From Acidobacteriota bacterium (GTDB taxonomy: Bacteria > Acidobacteriota > UBA6911): 64,000 bases of DNA. Location of the stretch: NCBI GenBank assembly GCA_963664705.1, contig OY761556.1, positions 2,020,795-2,084,794 on the forward strand. Reading direction: 5' to 3'. The position numbers were made by a program, and so were the translations under genes. Each line of letters begins with the position of its first letter. Within the stretch, counting starts at the first letter, position 1. The notes under the pieces were generated by a model that was not told the DNA's origin, made no database searches, and saw only the letters and a program-made list of their open reading frames with translations. Shown piece after piece: positions 10,060 to 20,958 of the stretch.

Positions 10060-11100
10060 TTATTTCGCCTCCCTGGCATTTAGGGCATTTTTCAACTCGG
10101 TGATCTCCTTCTCGAGACTCCTCAATTTGCGCATCATGTCCGGCAGTTTTGCAAAGACCGCCGTCGACCGCAGCCATGCGGAGTTTTCAAACGCCGGCGA
10201 ACCCGACATCACCGCTCCGGGAGCAATATCATGCGAGGTTCCGCTTTGCGCCGTAATGATTGCCTTGTCGCCGACCTCCAGGTGCCCGGCAAATCCTACC
10301 TGCCCGCCGACCCAGACGCCCCTCCCAAGTCTCGTGGAGCCCGCAAGTCCGACCTGCGCTGCCAACACGCAGTCCGGCCCAACCTGGGCTCCATGTCCAA
10401 TCTGCACGAGATTGTCCACCTTGGCTCCCCGGCGAATGATCGTATCCCCAACCGCCGCTCTATCAATGGTTGTATTCGAACCAATCTCTACATCGTCCTC
10501 GATTAGAACACGGCCGGTCTGGCAGATCTTATAAAAGCCCCCTTCTCTGGTGGGAGCAAATCCAAACCCATCGCTGCCAACCACGGCACCATTTTGCAGG
10601 ATGACCCGGTTCCCAAGAATGCAATCCTCCCGAACAATGACATGGGAATGCAGCAGACAGTTGTTCCCGACCGAGACTCCCGGATAGAGAACGACATGCG
10701 GATGGATTTCGACTCCGGAGCCGATCGTACATCCCTTGCCGATCACCGCATATGCACCGATACTGGCATCGTCCGGAATTTCCACGCCCTCCGCTACAAC
10801 CGCCGTCGGATGCACTCCAACCTCAGGCTTTTGCGGAACGAAGAAAATTTCCAGCGCACGCGCAAAGGCAAGGTATGGATCCTCGGTTCGAAGGGAAGGT
10901 TTGTCGATGGGCGCGATATCCTCACCTAAAATGATTGCAGAGGCATTCGTGGTTTTGATGTGGCTGACATATTTGCGGTTGGACACGAAAGTGATATCCC
11001 CCGGGCCGGCTTCATCAATCCCCGCAACCCGAAAAATTTCGACGTCGTTTTCAGCGACCATTCTGCAGCCTAATCGGAGAGCAATTTCGGAAAGCTTCAT
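10060..11100 (-). CDS. lpxD: UDP-3-O-(3-hydroxyacyl)glucosamine N-acyltransferase
   Basis: LpxD N-terminus MKLSEIALRLG..., long left-handed beta-helix hexapeptide repeats and a C-terminal helix. I chose ATG 11100 as the start; the ORF track extends to 11136. Confidence 0.9.
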   Translation of the reverse strand: MKLSEIALRLGCRMVAENDVEIFRVAGIDEAGPGDITFVSNRKYVSHIKTTNASAIILGEDIAPIDKPSLRTEDPYLAFARALEIFFVPQKPEVGVHPTAVVAEGVEIPDDASIGAYAVIGKGCTIGSGVEIHPHVVLYPGVSVGNNCLLHSHVIVREDCILGNRVILQNGAVVGSDGFGFAPTREGGFYKICQTGRVLIEDDVEIGSNTTIDRAAVGDTIIRRGAKVDNLVQIGHGAQVGPDCVLAAQVGLAGSTRLGRGVWVGGQVGFAGHLEVGDKAIITAQSGTSHDIAPGAVMSGSPAFENSAWLRSTAVFAKLPDMMRKLRSLEKEITELKNALNAREAK

Positions 11101-11129
11101 AAGACCCAACCTCGATTCCCACGCAAAAT

Positions 11130-12824
11130 ATGGCATTGCAACGTGTTATAGAAACGAAGCCCTATGGTAGTATTAAGCTCCACATGCGTCAAGGAGAGGC
11201 TGCTTTGGAGCCACCGGTAATAGCATCCGGAAATCGAAATGCCGGTTTGATGAGTGCGGCGGGATCGGTGAGCATCGCCATCATGGTCAGCCGGGTCCTT
11301 GGATTGATGCGCGACATGGTCCAGGCGAGATATTTCGGCGCAGGGCTTTATACCGACGCTTTTAACATCGCCTTCAGGATCCCGAATCTTCTAAGAGATC
11401 TGTTCGCCGAAGGGGTTCTCAGCTCCGCATTTGTCCCCACCTTTATCCGCAGACTCACACAGGATGGCAAAGAGCAGGCCTGGTTGCTTGCCAACCGCGT
11501 CATCAGCATGCTGTTGATGATCATGGCCGCACTCACCCTGCTGTTCTTTTTCGGCGCACGTTTTTTTGTCTATCTGCTGGCTTCCGGCTATGCGCGGATA
11601 CCGGGGAAATTCGATTTGACGGTTCAGATGACTCAAATCATGTCTCCTTTTCTGCTGTTCATTGCGCTCGCCTCCGTTGCCATGGGCATGCTGAATGCCT
11701 ACGGATCCTTCTTCATCCCCGCAATGGCATCCTCGATCTTCAACGCCTGTTGCATCCTTTGCGGGATCTTTCTTTCTCCCTTCATGCCCCGTTGGGGCCT
11801 TCACCCGATTGTTTCTATGGCCATAGGGGCACTGATCGGTGGCGCCGCGCAGTTTCTTATCATGGTACCTTCTGCTCGCAGATATGGGTTCCGGTTCCGG
11901 TTTGACATCCGCCCGTCCGATCCGGATCTCCAAAAGATCTGGCGCCTGATGCTGCCCGCCATCGTTGGGCTTTCCGCAACCCAGATCAACATTACGGTAG
12001 ACTCTCAAATTGCTTCGATGTATGGAGACGGCCCCGTCTCCTGGCTCAACTATGGATTCCGCCTCATGCAGCTTCCTATCGGCGTATTTGGAATCGCTAT
12101 CGCCACCGTTACCCTGACATCCGTTTCCCATCATATCGCCCGGAATGAACCAGGCAAGCTCCAGAACACCCTCTCCTCCAGCCTTCGGCTGGCCGCATGT
12201 CTGACCTTCCCGGCTACCGTTGGACTGGTATTCTTTCGCAAGGAAATCGTTCAGCTGATTTTTGAACGCGGGTCTTTTCTGCCGGCCCACACGATAGAAA
12301 CCAGCAAGGTGGTGATGTTTTATGCCCTGGGGCTGTTTTTCTATTCGGCGGTCAAGATCCTGGTTCCGACGTTCTATGCGCTCGAAGACACACGGACTCC
12401 GGTGCGGCTGAGCTTGATGACGGTTGCAGCCAAAATAGCTTTCAATCTTGCAATGATCCGATACCTGGGTTTTCTTGGTTTTCTCGGGCTGCCGCTTGCC
12501 ACAACATTCGCCTCCTGCCTGAACTTCGGCCTGCTGCTGAGGAAGCTCCGCACAAAGGCGAATATCGGGTCCATCATCGGAAGTCCGATGGTTTATTTGC
12601 GCATCGCCATCGCATCCCTGGTTATGGGCCTGCTGTCCCTACTGGCATATCGTGCCAGCGGCATGATCTGCTCCGGCACCGGGTTGACGGCACAAGCCTT
12701 GAGGCTGGGATTGGCCATAGCCGTTGCCATGGCCTCCCTGCTTCCGCTGCTCAAATTGTTCAGGGTTGAAGAAGGAAAGGCCCTGTATCGGATGGCCGCA
12801 TCGTACCTTGGGAAGGCTCAATGA
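11130..12824 (+). CDS. murJ: lipid II flippase MurJ
   Basis: Polytopic MOP-family protein with the MurJ N-terminal pattern ([39 protein letters not shown]). The true start may be ATG 11184 or 11250, because 11130 nearly abuts divergent lpxD. Confidence 0.85.
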   Translation: MALQRVIETKPYGSIKLHMRQGEAALEPPVIASGNRNAGLMSAAGSVSIAIMVSRVLGLMRDMVQARYFGAGLYTDAFNIAFRIPNLLRDLFAEGVLSSAFVPTFIRRLTQDGKEQAWLLANRVISMLLMIMAALTLLFFFGARFFVYLLASGYARIPGKFDLTVQMTQIMSPFLLFIALASVAMGMLNAYGSFFIPAMASSIFNACCILCGIFLSPFMPRWGLHPIVSMAIGALIGGAAQFLIMVPSARRYGFRFRFDIRPSDPDLQKIWRLMLPAIVGLSATQINITVDSQIASMYGDGPVSWLNYGFRLMQLPIGVFGIAIATVTLTSVSHHIARNEPGKLQNTLSSSLRLAACLTFPATVGLVFFRKEIVQLIFERGSFLPAHTIETSKVVMFYALGLFFYSAVKILVPTFYALEDTRTPVRLSLMTVAAKIAFNLAMIRYLGFLGFLGLPLATTFASCLNFGLLLRKLRTKANIGSIIGSPMVYLRIAIASLVMGLLSLLAYRASGMICSGTGLTAQALRLGLAIAVAMASLLPLLKLFRVEEGKALYRMAASYLGKAQ

Positions 12825-13708
12825 CCAGAGATTTTCTTGCAGAATTTTCCACCTATCTGCGCGTAGAAAAAGGCCTTTCGCCAAATACAATCGCTTCCTA
12901 TGGATTGGACTTGAAAAAGCTCAAACAGTACGCCGATGCCAGGGAACTGGATATCAGCAGGCTAAGCCAGGAGGATATCATCGGCTGGATTCAAGACCTG
13001 CTTGGCCAAGGCTTGGCTCCCAGGTCTGTCGCGCGATCGATCAATGCGGCTCGGAGTTTCTACCGCTATCTGGTAGGGGACCGGATCATTGATACCGATC
13101 CAACGGAAAACCTGGAGACGCCACGATCCCTGACGCCGCTGCCAAGATTCCTTACCCGAGAGGAAGTGGATAAACTGCTTCTGACCCCCGATACCGACAC
13201 CGCCATCGGCAGCCGGGACAAAGCGATGCTGGAAGTGCTTTATGCATCCGGCCTGCGTGTCAGCGAATTGGTCAGACTTGGAATGACACAAGTGGATCGA
13301 AATCTCGGTATCGTTTCGTGCGTCGGGAAGGGAAGTAAGGAACGTATCGTCCCTATTGGATCTGCTGCGGGCGAACAGGTCGATGCCTATATTCAGAAAT
13401 TCCGGCCCCAGCTCTTGGGCAAAAGGAAGAGCAACTACCTCTTTGTCACACGCCGCGGCGGCCCTATGACCCGGCAGGGCTTCTGGAGGAATCTACGGGA
13501 TTATGGAATCAAGGCCGGAATCACCAAATCACTGACTCCGCACATGCTCCGCCATAGCTTTGCCACACATCTGCTGGAAAATGGCGCGGACCTTCGCTCT
13601 GTGCAGCTCATGCTGGGGCATTCGGATATTTCGACAACGCAGATTTATACGCACGTTACGCGGGAGCGACTCAAGCAGGTATACCGAAAATTTCACCCGC
13701 GAGCGTGA
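12821..13708 (+). CDS. xerD: site-specific tyrosine recombinase XerD
   Basis: XerD-like N-terminal SAM-like domain ([23 protein letters not shown]). Catalytic residues are present (..ASGLRVSEL.., [24 protein letters not shown]). 4-nt overlap with murJ. Confidence 0.8.
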   Translation: MTRDFLAEFSTYLRVEKGLSPNTIASYGLDLKKLKQYADARELDISRLSQEDIIGWIQDLLGQGLAPRSVARSINAARSFYRYLVGDRIIDTDPTENLETPRSLTPLPRFLTREEVDKLLLTPDTDTAIGSRDKAMLEVLYASGLRVSELVRLGMTQVDRNLGIVSCVGKGSKERIVPIGSAAGEQVDAYIQKFRPQLLGKRKSNYLFVTRRGGPMTRQGFWRNLRDYGIKAGITKSLTPHMLRHSFATHLLENGADLRSVQLMLGHSDISTTQIYTHVTRERLKQVYRKFHPRA

Positions 13709-13737
13709 AATATTTCACGCTGCAGGCAGCGATAGCC

Positions 13738-16083
13738 TCAGGTCCGTATCGTAAAGAGAAGAACCAGACCCGCCGCGCCGAAAAGCAGATTCGGAGCCCA
13801 CGCCGCCAATACCGGAATCAGCAACCCATAGGCCCCCATCGCCTCGAAAACACCAGAGAGTCCCCAGTAGCTCATGGCAATCGCAATGCTCATCCCAACG
13901 CCAAACAAGGCCCCCTTCTTCCCTGTCGAAAAGGAAAAGGGAACACCCAGAATGGCCATGACAAGACAACTCAGCGGAAAGGCTATTTTCTTATGGAGCT
14001 CAACCTGTAATTCTGTAGCATTATAGCCAGATTTCAAGAGATCTATAATGCATTTCCTTAACTCGAAATAGGTCATTTTAGCCGACTCTTTTGGCTGGAA
14101 TATTTCCTTTTCAAAGTAATCGGCCTTTTCGGGCAACTGACAATACTCCTTGGTTATGCGCCGAAAACCCGTTGCCGCTGATTCATAGTCGCGGACCCAG
14201 CCATCCTCCAGAGTCCAAAGTCCATTTTTATCTACCAGAGCCCGGTTTGCATGGATACGCCGCAGTATCTTCACCTGGTTCATCTCGATATCGTAGATAT
14301 TGAGATCCACAAATGAATGCTGGCTATTGTCAAAATACTCGTAATTATAGATTCGGTTGGCCTCGCCAAAAATCCACTTCCGTTGAAGGCGCATGGCGGT
14401 TTGCGGCGGCTTTCCTTTGATTCTATTATGCAGATCATCCTGGACGCTATTAGCATAGGGAAGGACGTAATCCTGTAGCAGGTAAAGACTTGCGCATAGG
14501 CCGCAGGCAATCAGCAGCACCGGAACGGCAATACGGTAAAGGCTCCATCCACCCGCCTTGATCGCGGTGATTTCCGAATTTTTTTCCAGGATTCCAAAAT
14601 TAATGAGAACGCCCAGCAGGACGGACATCGGCACCACAAGCATCAGGATGTGCGGTGTAAAAAAGGTGAAATAATCCAGAACCATGGAAGCGGGGATCTT
14701 GTTCTTGATGATGTCGTCGAGAAGATCAAAGAGCGTGAAAAGAACAAAGAGCGTTCCACAAACCATCAACGACCAGAAGAAATAGCCGAAAAACCCTTTG
14801 GAGATATAGACATCCAGGACTCTTGGAAATCGGAATCGCGCAACGCGAGCCGTTGATTTAAGTAAACTGTTGTCCATTCCGGCGACGCGGTTCCGAATGC
14901 TTTTAAGGCGTTGATCCCAACCACCAAATCCGATGCGCCAGGAAATCCAGGATAGCATGTGGCCGATGGCATGGCTTTGTTCCACCCGGTAGAAAAAAAC
15001 CAATCCAAGCGTAGTCAGGATCAGGTTGGCGCCCCAGGCTCCCAGCCAGGGATTCACTTTTCCCACCGATGCCAGGCGAATGCCGTTGGCAAACAGCATA
15101 TAAAAAAGAATGACGAGGACAAGGCTTAATGCAAAGCCCGAGGTACGGCCGCCCCGGTGGGAACCGACTGCGAGGGTTAATCCAAGCAGCGCAAATGGGA
15201 CGATGGCAAAAGGAAGCGCAAAACGCCGATTCAGTTCGATCAGTTGTTCCAGCCGCAGTTTGGGCGGCGATGTGCCGAAGGAATGCCATAAATAGGAGGT
15301 GCTTTGCTCGATGACCTTGCGCAGGCGAGTCTCCGTAGGCGAGGAGGTAAACCTGGGGCTCAAAGGAATTGGGATATCGGTGGTATTAAAGGTTGTAAGG
15401 GTATCTTTGCTGGGATCCTCCGGGTCGATGACGTAGCTTTTGCCGCCTTCAAGATGCAGTTGGAGACGCTTGTTGGAGGAATCGCTGACCCAGGATCCCG
15501 ACTTTGCCATTATGGTGCGTGGAGACTTGGGGTCCGAGTTGTCGGACAGAAAGACGCGCGCCCAGCGCTGTTTGTCGACAGCGAGATCGTCCAGGTAGAA
15601 GACGATATTGGGAAAATCGTCGTTGCCCCCATTAAAAACTCGCGGCTGCACCTGGGAAGTTGCCTGGGTCAGACTAACGCGACTTTTCAGCTGGGCAATA
15701 ACGTCATTTGTTCTGGGAAAGATAACGGTTGTGACGATTCCGGTCATAAGGCCGACGAGCGCCCCAAAGATGAGAATGGGGCGCAGCAGCGTACGGATAG
15801 GAACTCCGCAGGCGCGCAAAGCGGTAATCTGGCTTTCGCCGGAGAGTCCGCTCAGGCCAATCAGAATCCCGATCAGATAGGAAAGAGGGAGAGAAAAGAT
15901 AAGCGTTCCCGGAATAATGGCGGCGCTGATCAGGAGAATGGTTCCGAGGGAAGCGTTGCGCGTAATCAGGAGTTCGGAGAGGCTTCCGAGGTATTGAACA
16001 GATAGGACAAAGGTCAGAATAATAACCGTGATGAAGAAAGGGGGAATGATCGAGATATAGAGGAGCTTATCAATCTTGCTCAT
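13738..16083 (-). CDS. LPS export ABC transporter permease, fused LptF-LptG (YjgP/YjgQ family x2)
   Basis: 781 aa made of two tandem YjgP/YjgQ-type modules. Each has 3 TM segments, a periplasmic beta-jellyroll region and 3 more TM segments. The second module starts near ..RVLDVYISKGFFGYFFWSL.. Confidence 0.8.
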   Translation of the reverse strand: MSKIDKLLYISIIPPFFITVIILTFVLSVQYLGSLSELLITRNASLGTILLISAAIIPGTLIFSLPLSYLIGILIGLSGLSGESQITALRACGVPIRTLLRPILIFGALVGLMTGIVTTVIFPRTNDVIAQLKSRVSLTQATSQVQPRVFNGGNDDFPNIVFYLDDLAVDKQRWARVFLSDNSDPKSPRTIMAKSGSWVSDSSNKRLQLHLEGGKSYVIDPEDPSKDTLTTFNTTDIPIPLSPRFTSSPTETRLRKVIEQSTSYLWHSFGTSPPKLRLEQLIELNRRFALPFAIVPFALLGLTLAVGSHRGGRTSGFALSLVLVILFYMLFANGIRLASVGKVNPWLGAWGANLILTTLGLVFFYRVEQSHAIGHMLSWISWRIGFGGWDQRLKSIRNRVAGMDNSLLKSTARVARFRFPRVLDVYISKGFFGYFFWSLMVCGTLFVLFTLFDLLDDIIKNKIPASMVLDYFTFFTPHILMLVVPMSVLLGVLINFGILEKNSEITAIKAGGWSLYRIAVPVLLIACGLCASLYLLQDYVLPYANSVQDDLHNRIKGKPPQTAMRLQRKWIFGEANRIYNYEYFDNSQHSFVDLNIYDIEMNQVKILRRIHANRALVDKNGLWTLEDGWVRDYESAATGFRRITKEYCQLPEKADYFEKEIFQPKESAKMTYFELRKCIIDLLKSGYNATELQVELHKKIAFPLSCLVMAILGVPFSFSTGKKGALFGVGMSIAIAMSYWGLSGVFEAMGAYGLLIPVLAAWAPNLLFGAAGLVLLFTIRT

Positions 16084-16322
16084 GAATGAAGACTAGCACA
16101 GGTCAGGGAAGAATTGCATCAAGCGCTTGTAAATAAAGGCGTTTCTGGAATTATTATCGTCAAATCAACCAGGATGTTTTTGCAAATATAACTTCTGATA
16201 AGATATATTATGTAAACTAAAAATTATTTGTCTGAAACGCAATTATTGCTTTTAGCCACCGGAAATGTCTCACAGAACTCTCCTCCGGAGACTGACTCTC
16301 AATTGCCACTCCTGCCCATTTC

Positions 16323-16820
16323 TTACATCTTATATTTTCCGAGATCTTCGGGATTGAGATTCTCCAGCCATTTCCGGATGTCCTCCGGAGAGCTGCGGTC
16401 TGAAGTCAGAGTGGTGGTTGAAGTGCTGGAGGACTTTGAAATCACGTCCTCGGTGACAAAAATCGGGGAATCTGTTCTCAGAGCCAGCGCAATCGCATCC
16501 GATGGCCGTGAATCGACCGTAATCACCTTTCCCCCGGCATCCAGGAAGATCAGCGCATAGAACGTGTTGTCTTTCAATTCGGTTACCACGATCTTTGTGA
16601 CTCGTGCGTTGAGATGATTCAGCAGCCCCTTCATCAGGTCGTGAGTCATAGGCCTCGGGGTATCTACCTTTTCAATCTGGAGAGCAATCGCATTGGCCTC
16701 AAAGATTCCTACCCAGATCGGAAGCAGCGTATCGCTTGTCGCTTCCTGCAGTACCACGATTGGCGAATTGGTGAGTGGATCCATCATCAGACCTTTTATC
16801 TTAAACTCGATTTCCTTCAT
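16323..16820 (-). CDS. bifunctional nuclease family protein (DUF151/BFN)
   Basis: 165 aa with the motif run ..DPLTNSPIVVLQE....LPIWVGIFEANAIA......PRPMTHDLM... typical of BFN-domain proteins. Confidence 0.8.
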   Translation of the reverse strand: MKEIEFKIKGLMMDPLTNSPIVVLQEATSDTLLPIWVGIFEANAIALQIEKVDTPRPMTHDLMKGLLNHLNARVTKIVVTELKDNTFYALIFLDAGGKVITVDSRPSDAIALALRTDSPIFVTEDVISKSSSTSTTTLTSDRSSPEDIRKWLENLNPEDLGKYKM

Positions 16821-16926
16821 GATCCCTCCCGGCCCGGATTTTGAAAATCAGGGGCAAAATCCCGCGCGCCCCGCTGCGCGTCTTCGTTCTGGCAAGATTC
16901 CAGTCAATACACGCCTTGGCGACAGT

Positions 16927-18261
16927 TCATGCGTTAATTCGGATTCCCTTCAAACTGTTAGGGCTGGCACCCGTGACCTCCACCATGATCAACTGGCCCA
17001 TTAGGTCTTCCGGTCCGTCAAAATTGACAATCTTGTTCGTTCCGGTACGTCCCATCAGGTTGAAACGGCTTCGAGCTTTGTCTTCGACGAGCACCTCCAC
17101 GATCCGGCCCAGATACGCCTTGTTCTTCTCATGCTGAATTCCCTTCTGGCGTTCCTGGAGCAATTGCAGCCGTCTTCCCTTCTCCTCCTCGGGTACATCG
17201 TCCGGGAAGCTCAGTGCCGCAGTATTCGGCCTCGGCGAGTACTTGAAGGAAAAGGCGCTATCGTATTGTACCTCATCGAGCAAACGCAGAGTATCCTCAA
17301 AGTCCGCTTCGGTTTCGCCCGGAAACCCAACAATAAGATCCGTGGAGATGGCAATTTCACGTGTTGCGCCGTGGATTTTTTTGATGACAGCCATATAGCT
17401 GTCTCTCGTGTAACCACGCCGCATGGTTTTCAGGACGCGTGTCGAACCGGATTGAACGGGCAGATGAATCTGGTTGCAGACTTGCGGACAGGTGATCATC
17501 ACCTCGAGCAGCTCATCGGTAAAATCGCTGGGGTGCGGAGAGGTGAATCGAATCCTTTTCAGGCCATCGATTCCGCTCATTTTCCGAAGCAGCTTGGCAA
17601 AATTCAATCCCCCAGGGGTTCTCTCCCGATAGGAATTTACCGTTTGCCCCAACAGCAGGATTTCGAAATAGCCCTTCGCTACCAGTTCTTCCACTTCAGC
17701 CAGAATGTTCGAACTCGGTCGTACCCGCTCGGCGCCTCGCGTCAGGGGGACAACGCAGAATGCACATTGGCGGCTGCATCCTTCGCTGACCGTGACGCTG
17801 GCGCGCCATGAATTCTGTCGCAGCACATCCGATGTCTCGACCGGCCCGGGATCCTCATCCAGACGCAACTGCACCAGCGGAAACTCGCCACCAAGGCTCC
17901 GTTCGACGAGATCTCTCATGACGTGCCCCTTTTGAGGACCCGCCAGGATGTTCACGAAGGGTGCCTTTTTGAGGATCTTTTCTCCCTCCAGCTGCGCCAT
18001 GCAGCCCACCACGCCAACAACCATATTCTGCCGATGGTTTTTATGGCGCTTGATTTCGCCCAGGCGCGCATAGACTTTCTGGACCGCCTTTTCCCGGACG
18101 CTGCATGTATTCAGGATAATGACATCCGCTTCCGAGGCATCGACAGCTTGTTCCATGCCACTATTTCGAAGGCTCCCGGCAATCTTCTCGGAATCCAGAT
18201 CATTCATCTGGCAGCCAAAGGTCTCAATCAAATACTTTTTATTCATACGACTAACAGCCAC
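16927..18261 (-). CDS. miaB: tRNA (N6-isopentenyl adenosine(37)-C2)-methylthiotransferase
   Basis: UPF0004 N-domain (YLIETFGCQMN), radical-SAM cluster motif (CSRQCAFC) and a C-terminal TRAM domain. Confidence 0.9.
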   Translation of the reverse strand: MAVSRMNKKYLIETFGCQMNDLDSEKIAGSLRNSGMEQAVDASEADVIILNTCSVREKAVQKVYARLGEIKRHKNHRQNMVVGVVGCMAQLEGEKILKKAPFVNILAGPQKGHVMRDLVERSLGGEFPLVQLRLDEDPGPVETSDVLRQNSWRASVTVSEGCSRQCAFCVVPLTRGAERVRPSSNILAEVEELVAKGYFEILLLGQTVNSYRERTPGGLNFAKLLRKMSGIDGLKRIRFTSPHPSDFTDELLEVMITCPQVCNQIHLPVQSGSTRVLKTMRRGYTRDSYMAVIKKIHGATREIAISTDLIVGFPGETEADFEDTLRLLDEVQYDSAFSFKYSPRPNTAALSFPDDVPEEEKGRRLQLLQERQKGIQHEKNKAYLGRIVEVLVEDKARSRFNLMGRTGTNKIVNFDGPEDLMGQLIMVEVTGASPNSLKGIRINA

Positions 18262-18266
18262 TATTC

Positions 18267-19973
18267 CTATTTCTGAGTTTGCCGCGAGTGCTCGATCATT
18301 TCCATTGCATGTCGGCGTGTGGTTTCGGTGATGGTTTCGCCACCGAGCATTCGTGAGAGTTCCTCAATTCTATCCTTATCGCTGAGTTGCAGCACCACCG
18401 TTTCGGTCCGGTTGCCGACAACCTCTTTGCTGACGTTGAAATGATTGCGGGCAAAGGCTGCAATCTGGGGCAGATGGGTCACACAAAGCACCTGATTCTC
18501 TTCCGCAATGTCCCAGAGCCGCTTCCCCACGGCCTCCGCAACTCTTCCCCCGATCCCGGCGTCCACCTCATCGAATACAAGAGTCCTTCCGGATTCATCT
18601 CCGCCGCAAACCGAGCGGATCGAGAGCATCAAGCGGGACAACTCACCTCCCGAAGCTATCTTCGCAAGCGGTTTCATTTCCTCGCCCTTGTTCGGGGCTA
18701 TTAAAAACTCTACATGGTCGATGCCATTGAGTCCATAAAAAGTCGGAACCTGTGCCTGCACACCGTCATGATTGCGGGGGTGGAACTGCACGCTCATTTC
18801 CATGCGTTCCATTGCGAGGGAAGCAAATTCCCGCCGTATCGCTTTTTCCAGGCCCGCGGCATCCCGTCGACGCTTCTCCGAAAGCTTTTCAGCCAGGGCT
18901 TTGTAGTCATCCAGATCCTGCTGCAGTTCCCGTTGCAGCCTTTCGGCCGAATCCGCATGGCAACCCAACTCATCCAGCTCTTTGATGCAGTTTGCAAGAT
19001 AGCCCAGGACATCGGTGGTCGAGCTGGCGTACTTCTTTGTCAGTTTTTCCAGTGCGTATAGCCGTTCTTGCACCTGTTCCAGCCGCTCGGGGCTGAAATC
19101 GCAGCCGGCGGCATAATCCCTGGCGGCAAACGCTACATCCTCGAGCTTGTACCGGCTTTCCTGAAGTGTTTCACGATGAGCGCCCCAGAAAGCATCCAGC
19201 CGCGCCAAATCCTCCATCAGTCTTTCAAGGTGGCTCAGTTGAAGCAGGACAGAAGATTCGCTTTCATACAATGCCGTATAAATCCCGGAAGCAAGACCGA
19301 GTATCTTTTCTCCATTCGCAAGGAGGATCCGCTCATTTTCCAGCGCTTCCTTTTCTCCCGGCTGCGGATTCACGCTGCGGATCTCTTCGATCTGAAACTG
19401 AAGAACGTCCATGCGGCGCAGACGCTCCTGTTCATTGGTGGCGATGGATTCGAGCATGCGAGCCGTATCGCGAAGCTTCCGGTAGCGGACCTTAACCTCA
19501 TTCCGCAGAACAGAGTTGTCGCCATAGGCATCCAGCCACTCGAGATGGGTGGCAAGATCCAAAAGGGTGCGCTGCTCCTGCTGTCCGTGAATATCGGCGA
19601 GCTTTTCGCCAATTTCCTTCAGCGTCGCAACCGTAGCAAGGTGATTATTGAGAAAAACGCGATTTCTCCCGGAGACGGAGATCTCGCGACGGATTAGCAG
19701 CGTATTGTCTTCGGAATCAAAACCGGCATCTGCCAGCATCGCGGAGGCGGGGTGTCCGGATGCAATTTCGAAAAGCCCTTCAACCACCGCACTGTCGCAC
19801 TCGGAACGGATCATTTCCTGGGAAGATCTTGCTCCCAGAAGCAGGCCCAGTGCATCCACAAGGATGGATTTTCCGGAGCCGGTTTCACCGGTCAGCAGGT
19901 TCAATCCGCGGCCGAATTCGATCTCCAGCTCTTTGATCAGGGCCAGATTCCGGATTCGAATCAGACGAAGCAT
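18267..19973 (-). CDS. recN: DNA repair protein RecN
   Basis: Walker A LTGETGSGKS at the N-terminus, a long coiled-coil middle and a C-terminal signature/Walker B (GGELSRLMLS...LVFDEVDAGIGG). Confidence 0.95.
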   Translation of the reverse strand: MLRLIRIRNLALIKELEIEFGRGLNLLTGETGSGKSILVDALGLLLGARSSQEMIRSECDSAVVEGLFEIASGHPASAMLADAGFDSEDNTLLIRREISVSGRNRVFLNNHLATVATLKEIGEKLADIHGQQEQRTLLDLATHLEWLDAYGDNSVLRNEVKVRYRKLRDTARMLESIATNEQERLRRMDVLQFQIEEIRSVNPQPGEKEALENERILLANGEKILGLASGIYTALYESESSVLLQLSHLERLMEDLARLDAFWGAHRETLQESRYKLEDVAFAARDYAAGCDFSPERLEQVQERLYALEKLTKKYASSTTDVLGYLANCIKELDELGCHADSAERLQRELQQDLDDYKALAEKLSEKRRRDAAGLEKAIRREFASLAMERMEMSVQFHPRNHDGVQAQVPTFYGLNGIDHVEFLIAPNKGEEMKPLAKIASGGELSRLMLSIRSVCGGDESGRTLVFDEVDAGIGGRVAEAVGKRLWDIAEENQVLCVTHLPQIAAFARNHFNVSKEVVGNRTETVVLQLSDKDRIEELSRMLGGETITETTRRHAMEMIEHSRQTQK

Positions 19974-20168
19974 CGGCTAAAAACCCTATTAAAGTTTATG
20001 GGTAACGCGCGATCCGCAGTCTACCATATTTGGCCATCAGTCGTCAGTGGGGATGAACCGCACAGTTGTTTTGGATCTATCCAGCGACTGCTGACGTATA
20101 TTCATATTCGGAATATCGAACGGCAAGCCTTGCTGACAACCGTCCGCTGACGGCTGAGAACTATTGAC

Positions 20169-20957
20169 ATGCCCGGCATCCTATGGTTACTTCTGGAATT
20201 TATTATTCACTATTTTCGCGGAGGGACTCCAATCATCCACCCACATACAGTTCTTTTTCAAGTACCACCCTCAACCCCGTTCGGCGGTTCGATCTTTGGT
20301 ATGATTGGGCACATCAGCGGGGTTGCACTTTGCATCCTTATCCTGCTCGTGGCATTCTCCATTTTTTCCTGGACGATCATTCTGAGAAAGTGGCTGACAT
20401 TCCGCCAGATTGAGCAGAAAAACCAGGCTTTTATCAGCCTGTTCCGGAAAAGCGCGCGGCTCAGCGAAGTGGGCTCCGCCTGCGAAATGTACCGCGGTAC
20501 GCCTTTGTCCGGGATTTTCAGCGCCGGGTACCAGGAACTCAACGCGCAGATTCAAACGCTCGGTGCGCAGAAAACCGATCGACCGGTGCTCGTCGAACGG
20601 AACTTTATCGGAATCCAGAGATCGCTTCAGCGAGCTGCCGCCGCCGAACTGTCGGTCATTGAACGCAGCATGAGCTGGCTGGCAACAACCGGTGCCGTAA
20701 CCCCCTTTGTCGGCCTGCTCGGCACCGTGATCGGAATCATGAGCGCATTTCTGGGCCTTGGCGAAGGCACGACGTCGATTCAAGCCGTGGCGCCTGGCAT
20801 TGCCGAAGCCCTGATCGCTACGGCCATGGGGCTCTTTGCCGCTATTCCAGCCGTCATCGCGTATAACCAGTTCATCAGCAGGATAAAAAACATTGCGGTT
20901 GAAATGGACGATTTCTCCTCCGAATTCCTGAATCTCGTAGAACGGAGCTTCAGCTGA
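20169..20957 (+). CDS. tolQ: Tol-Pal system protein TolQ (MotA/TolQ/ExbB proton channel)
   Basis: Three-TM MotA/ExbB-type protein with a conserved C-terminal half (LATTGAVTPFVGLLGTVIGIMSAF...IAEALIATAMGL). It is the first gene of the tol-pal cluster. The only in-frame alternative start is ATG 20301. Confidence 0.85.
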   Translation: MPGILWLLLEFIIHYFRGGTPIIHPHTVLFQVPPSTPFGGSIFGMIGHISGVALCILILLVAFSIFSWTIILRKWLTFRQIEQKNQAFISLFRKSARLSEVGSACEMYRGTPLSGIFSAGYQELNAQIQTLGAQKTDRPVLVERNFIGIQRSLQRAAAAELSVIERSMSWLATTGAVTPFVGLLGTVIGIMSAFLGLGEGTTSIQAVAPGIAEALIATAMGLFAAIPAVIAYNQFISRIKNIAVEMDDFSSEFLNLVERSFS

Positions 20958-20958
20958 C

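Noticed and set aside
12821-13708. The tyrosine recombinase as a possible marker of an integrated mobile element.
   Set aside because: The sequence is XerD-like. It is translationally coupled to murJ in a housekeeping context, and no att-like repeats, tRNA gene or phage/IS genes are nearby.
20164-20192. TTGACA at 20164-69 as the -35 element of a tolQ promoter.
   Set aside because: No acceptable -10 hexamer lies at 16-18 nt spacing (TATGGT is only 12 nt away). The hexamer also overlaps the candidate tolQ ATG.
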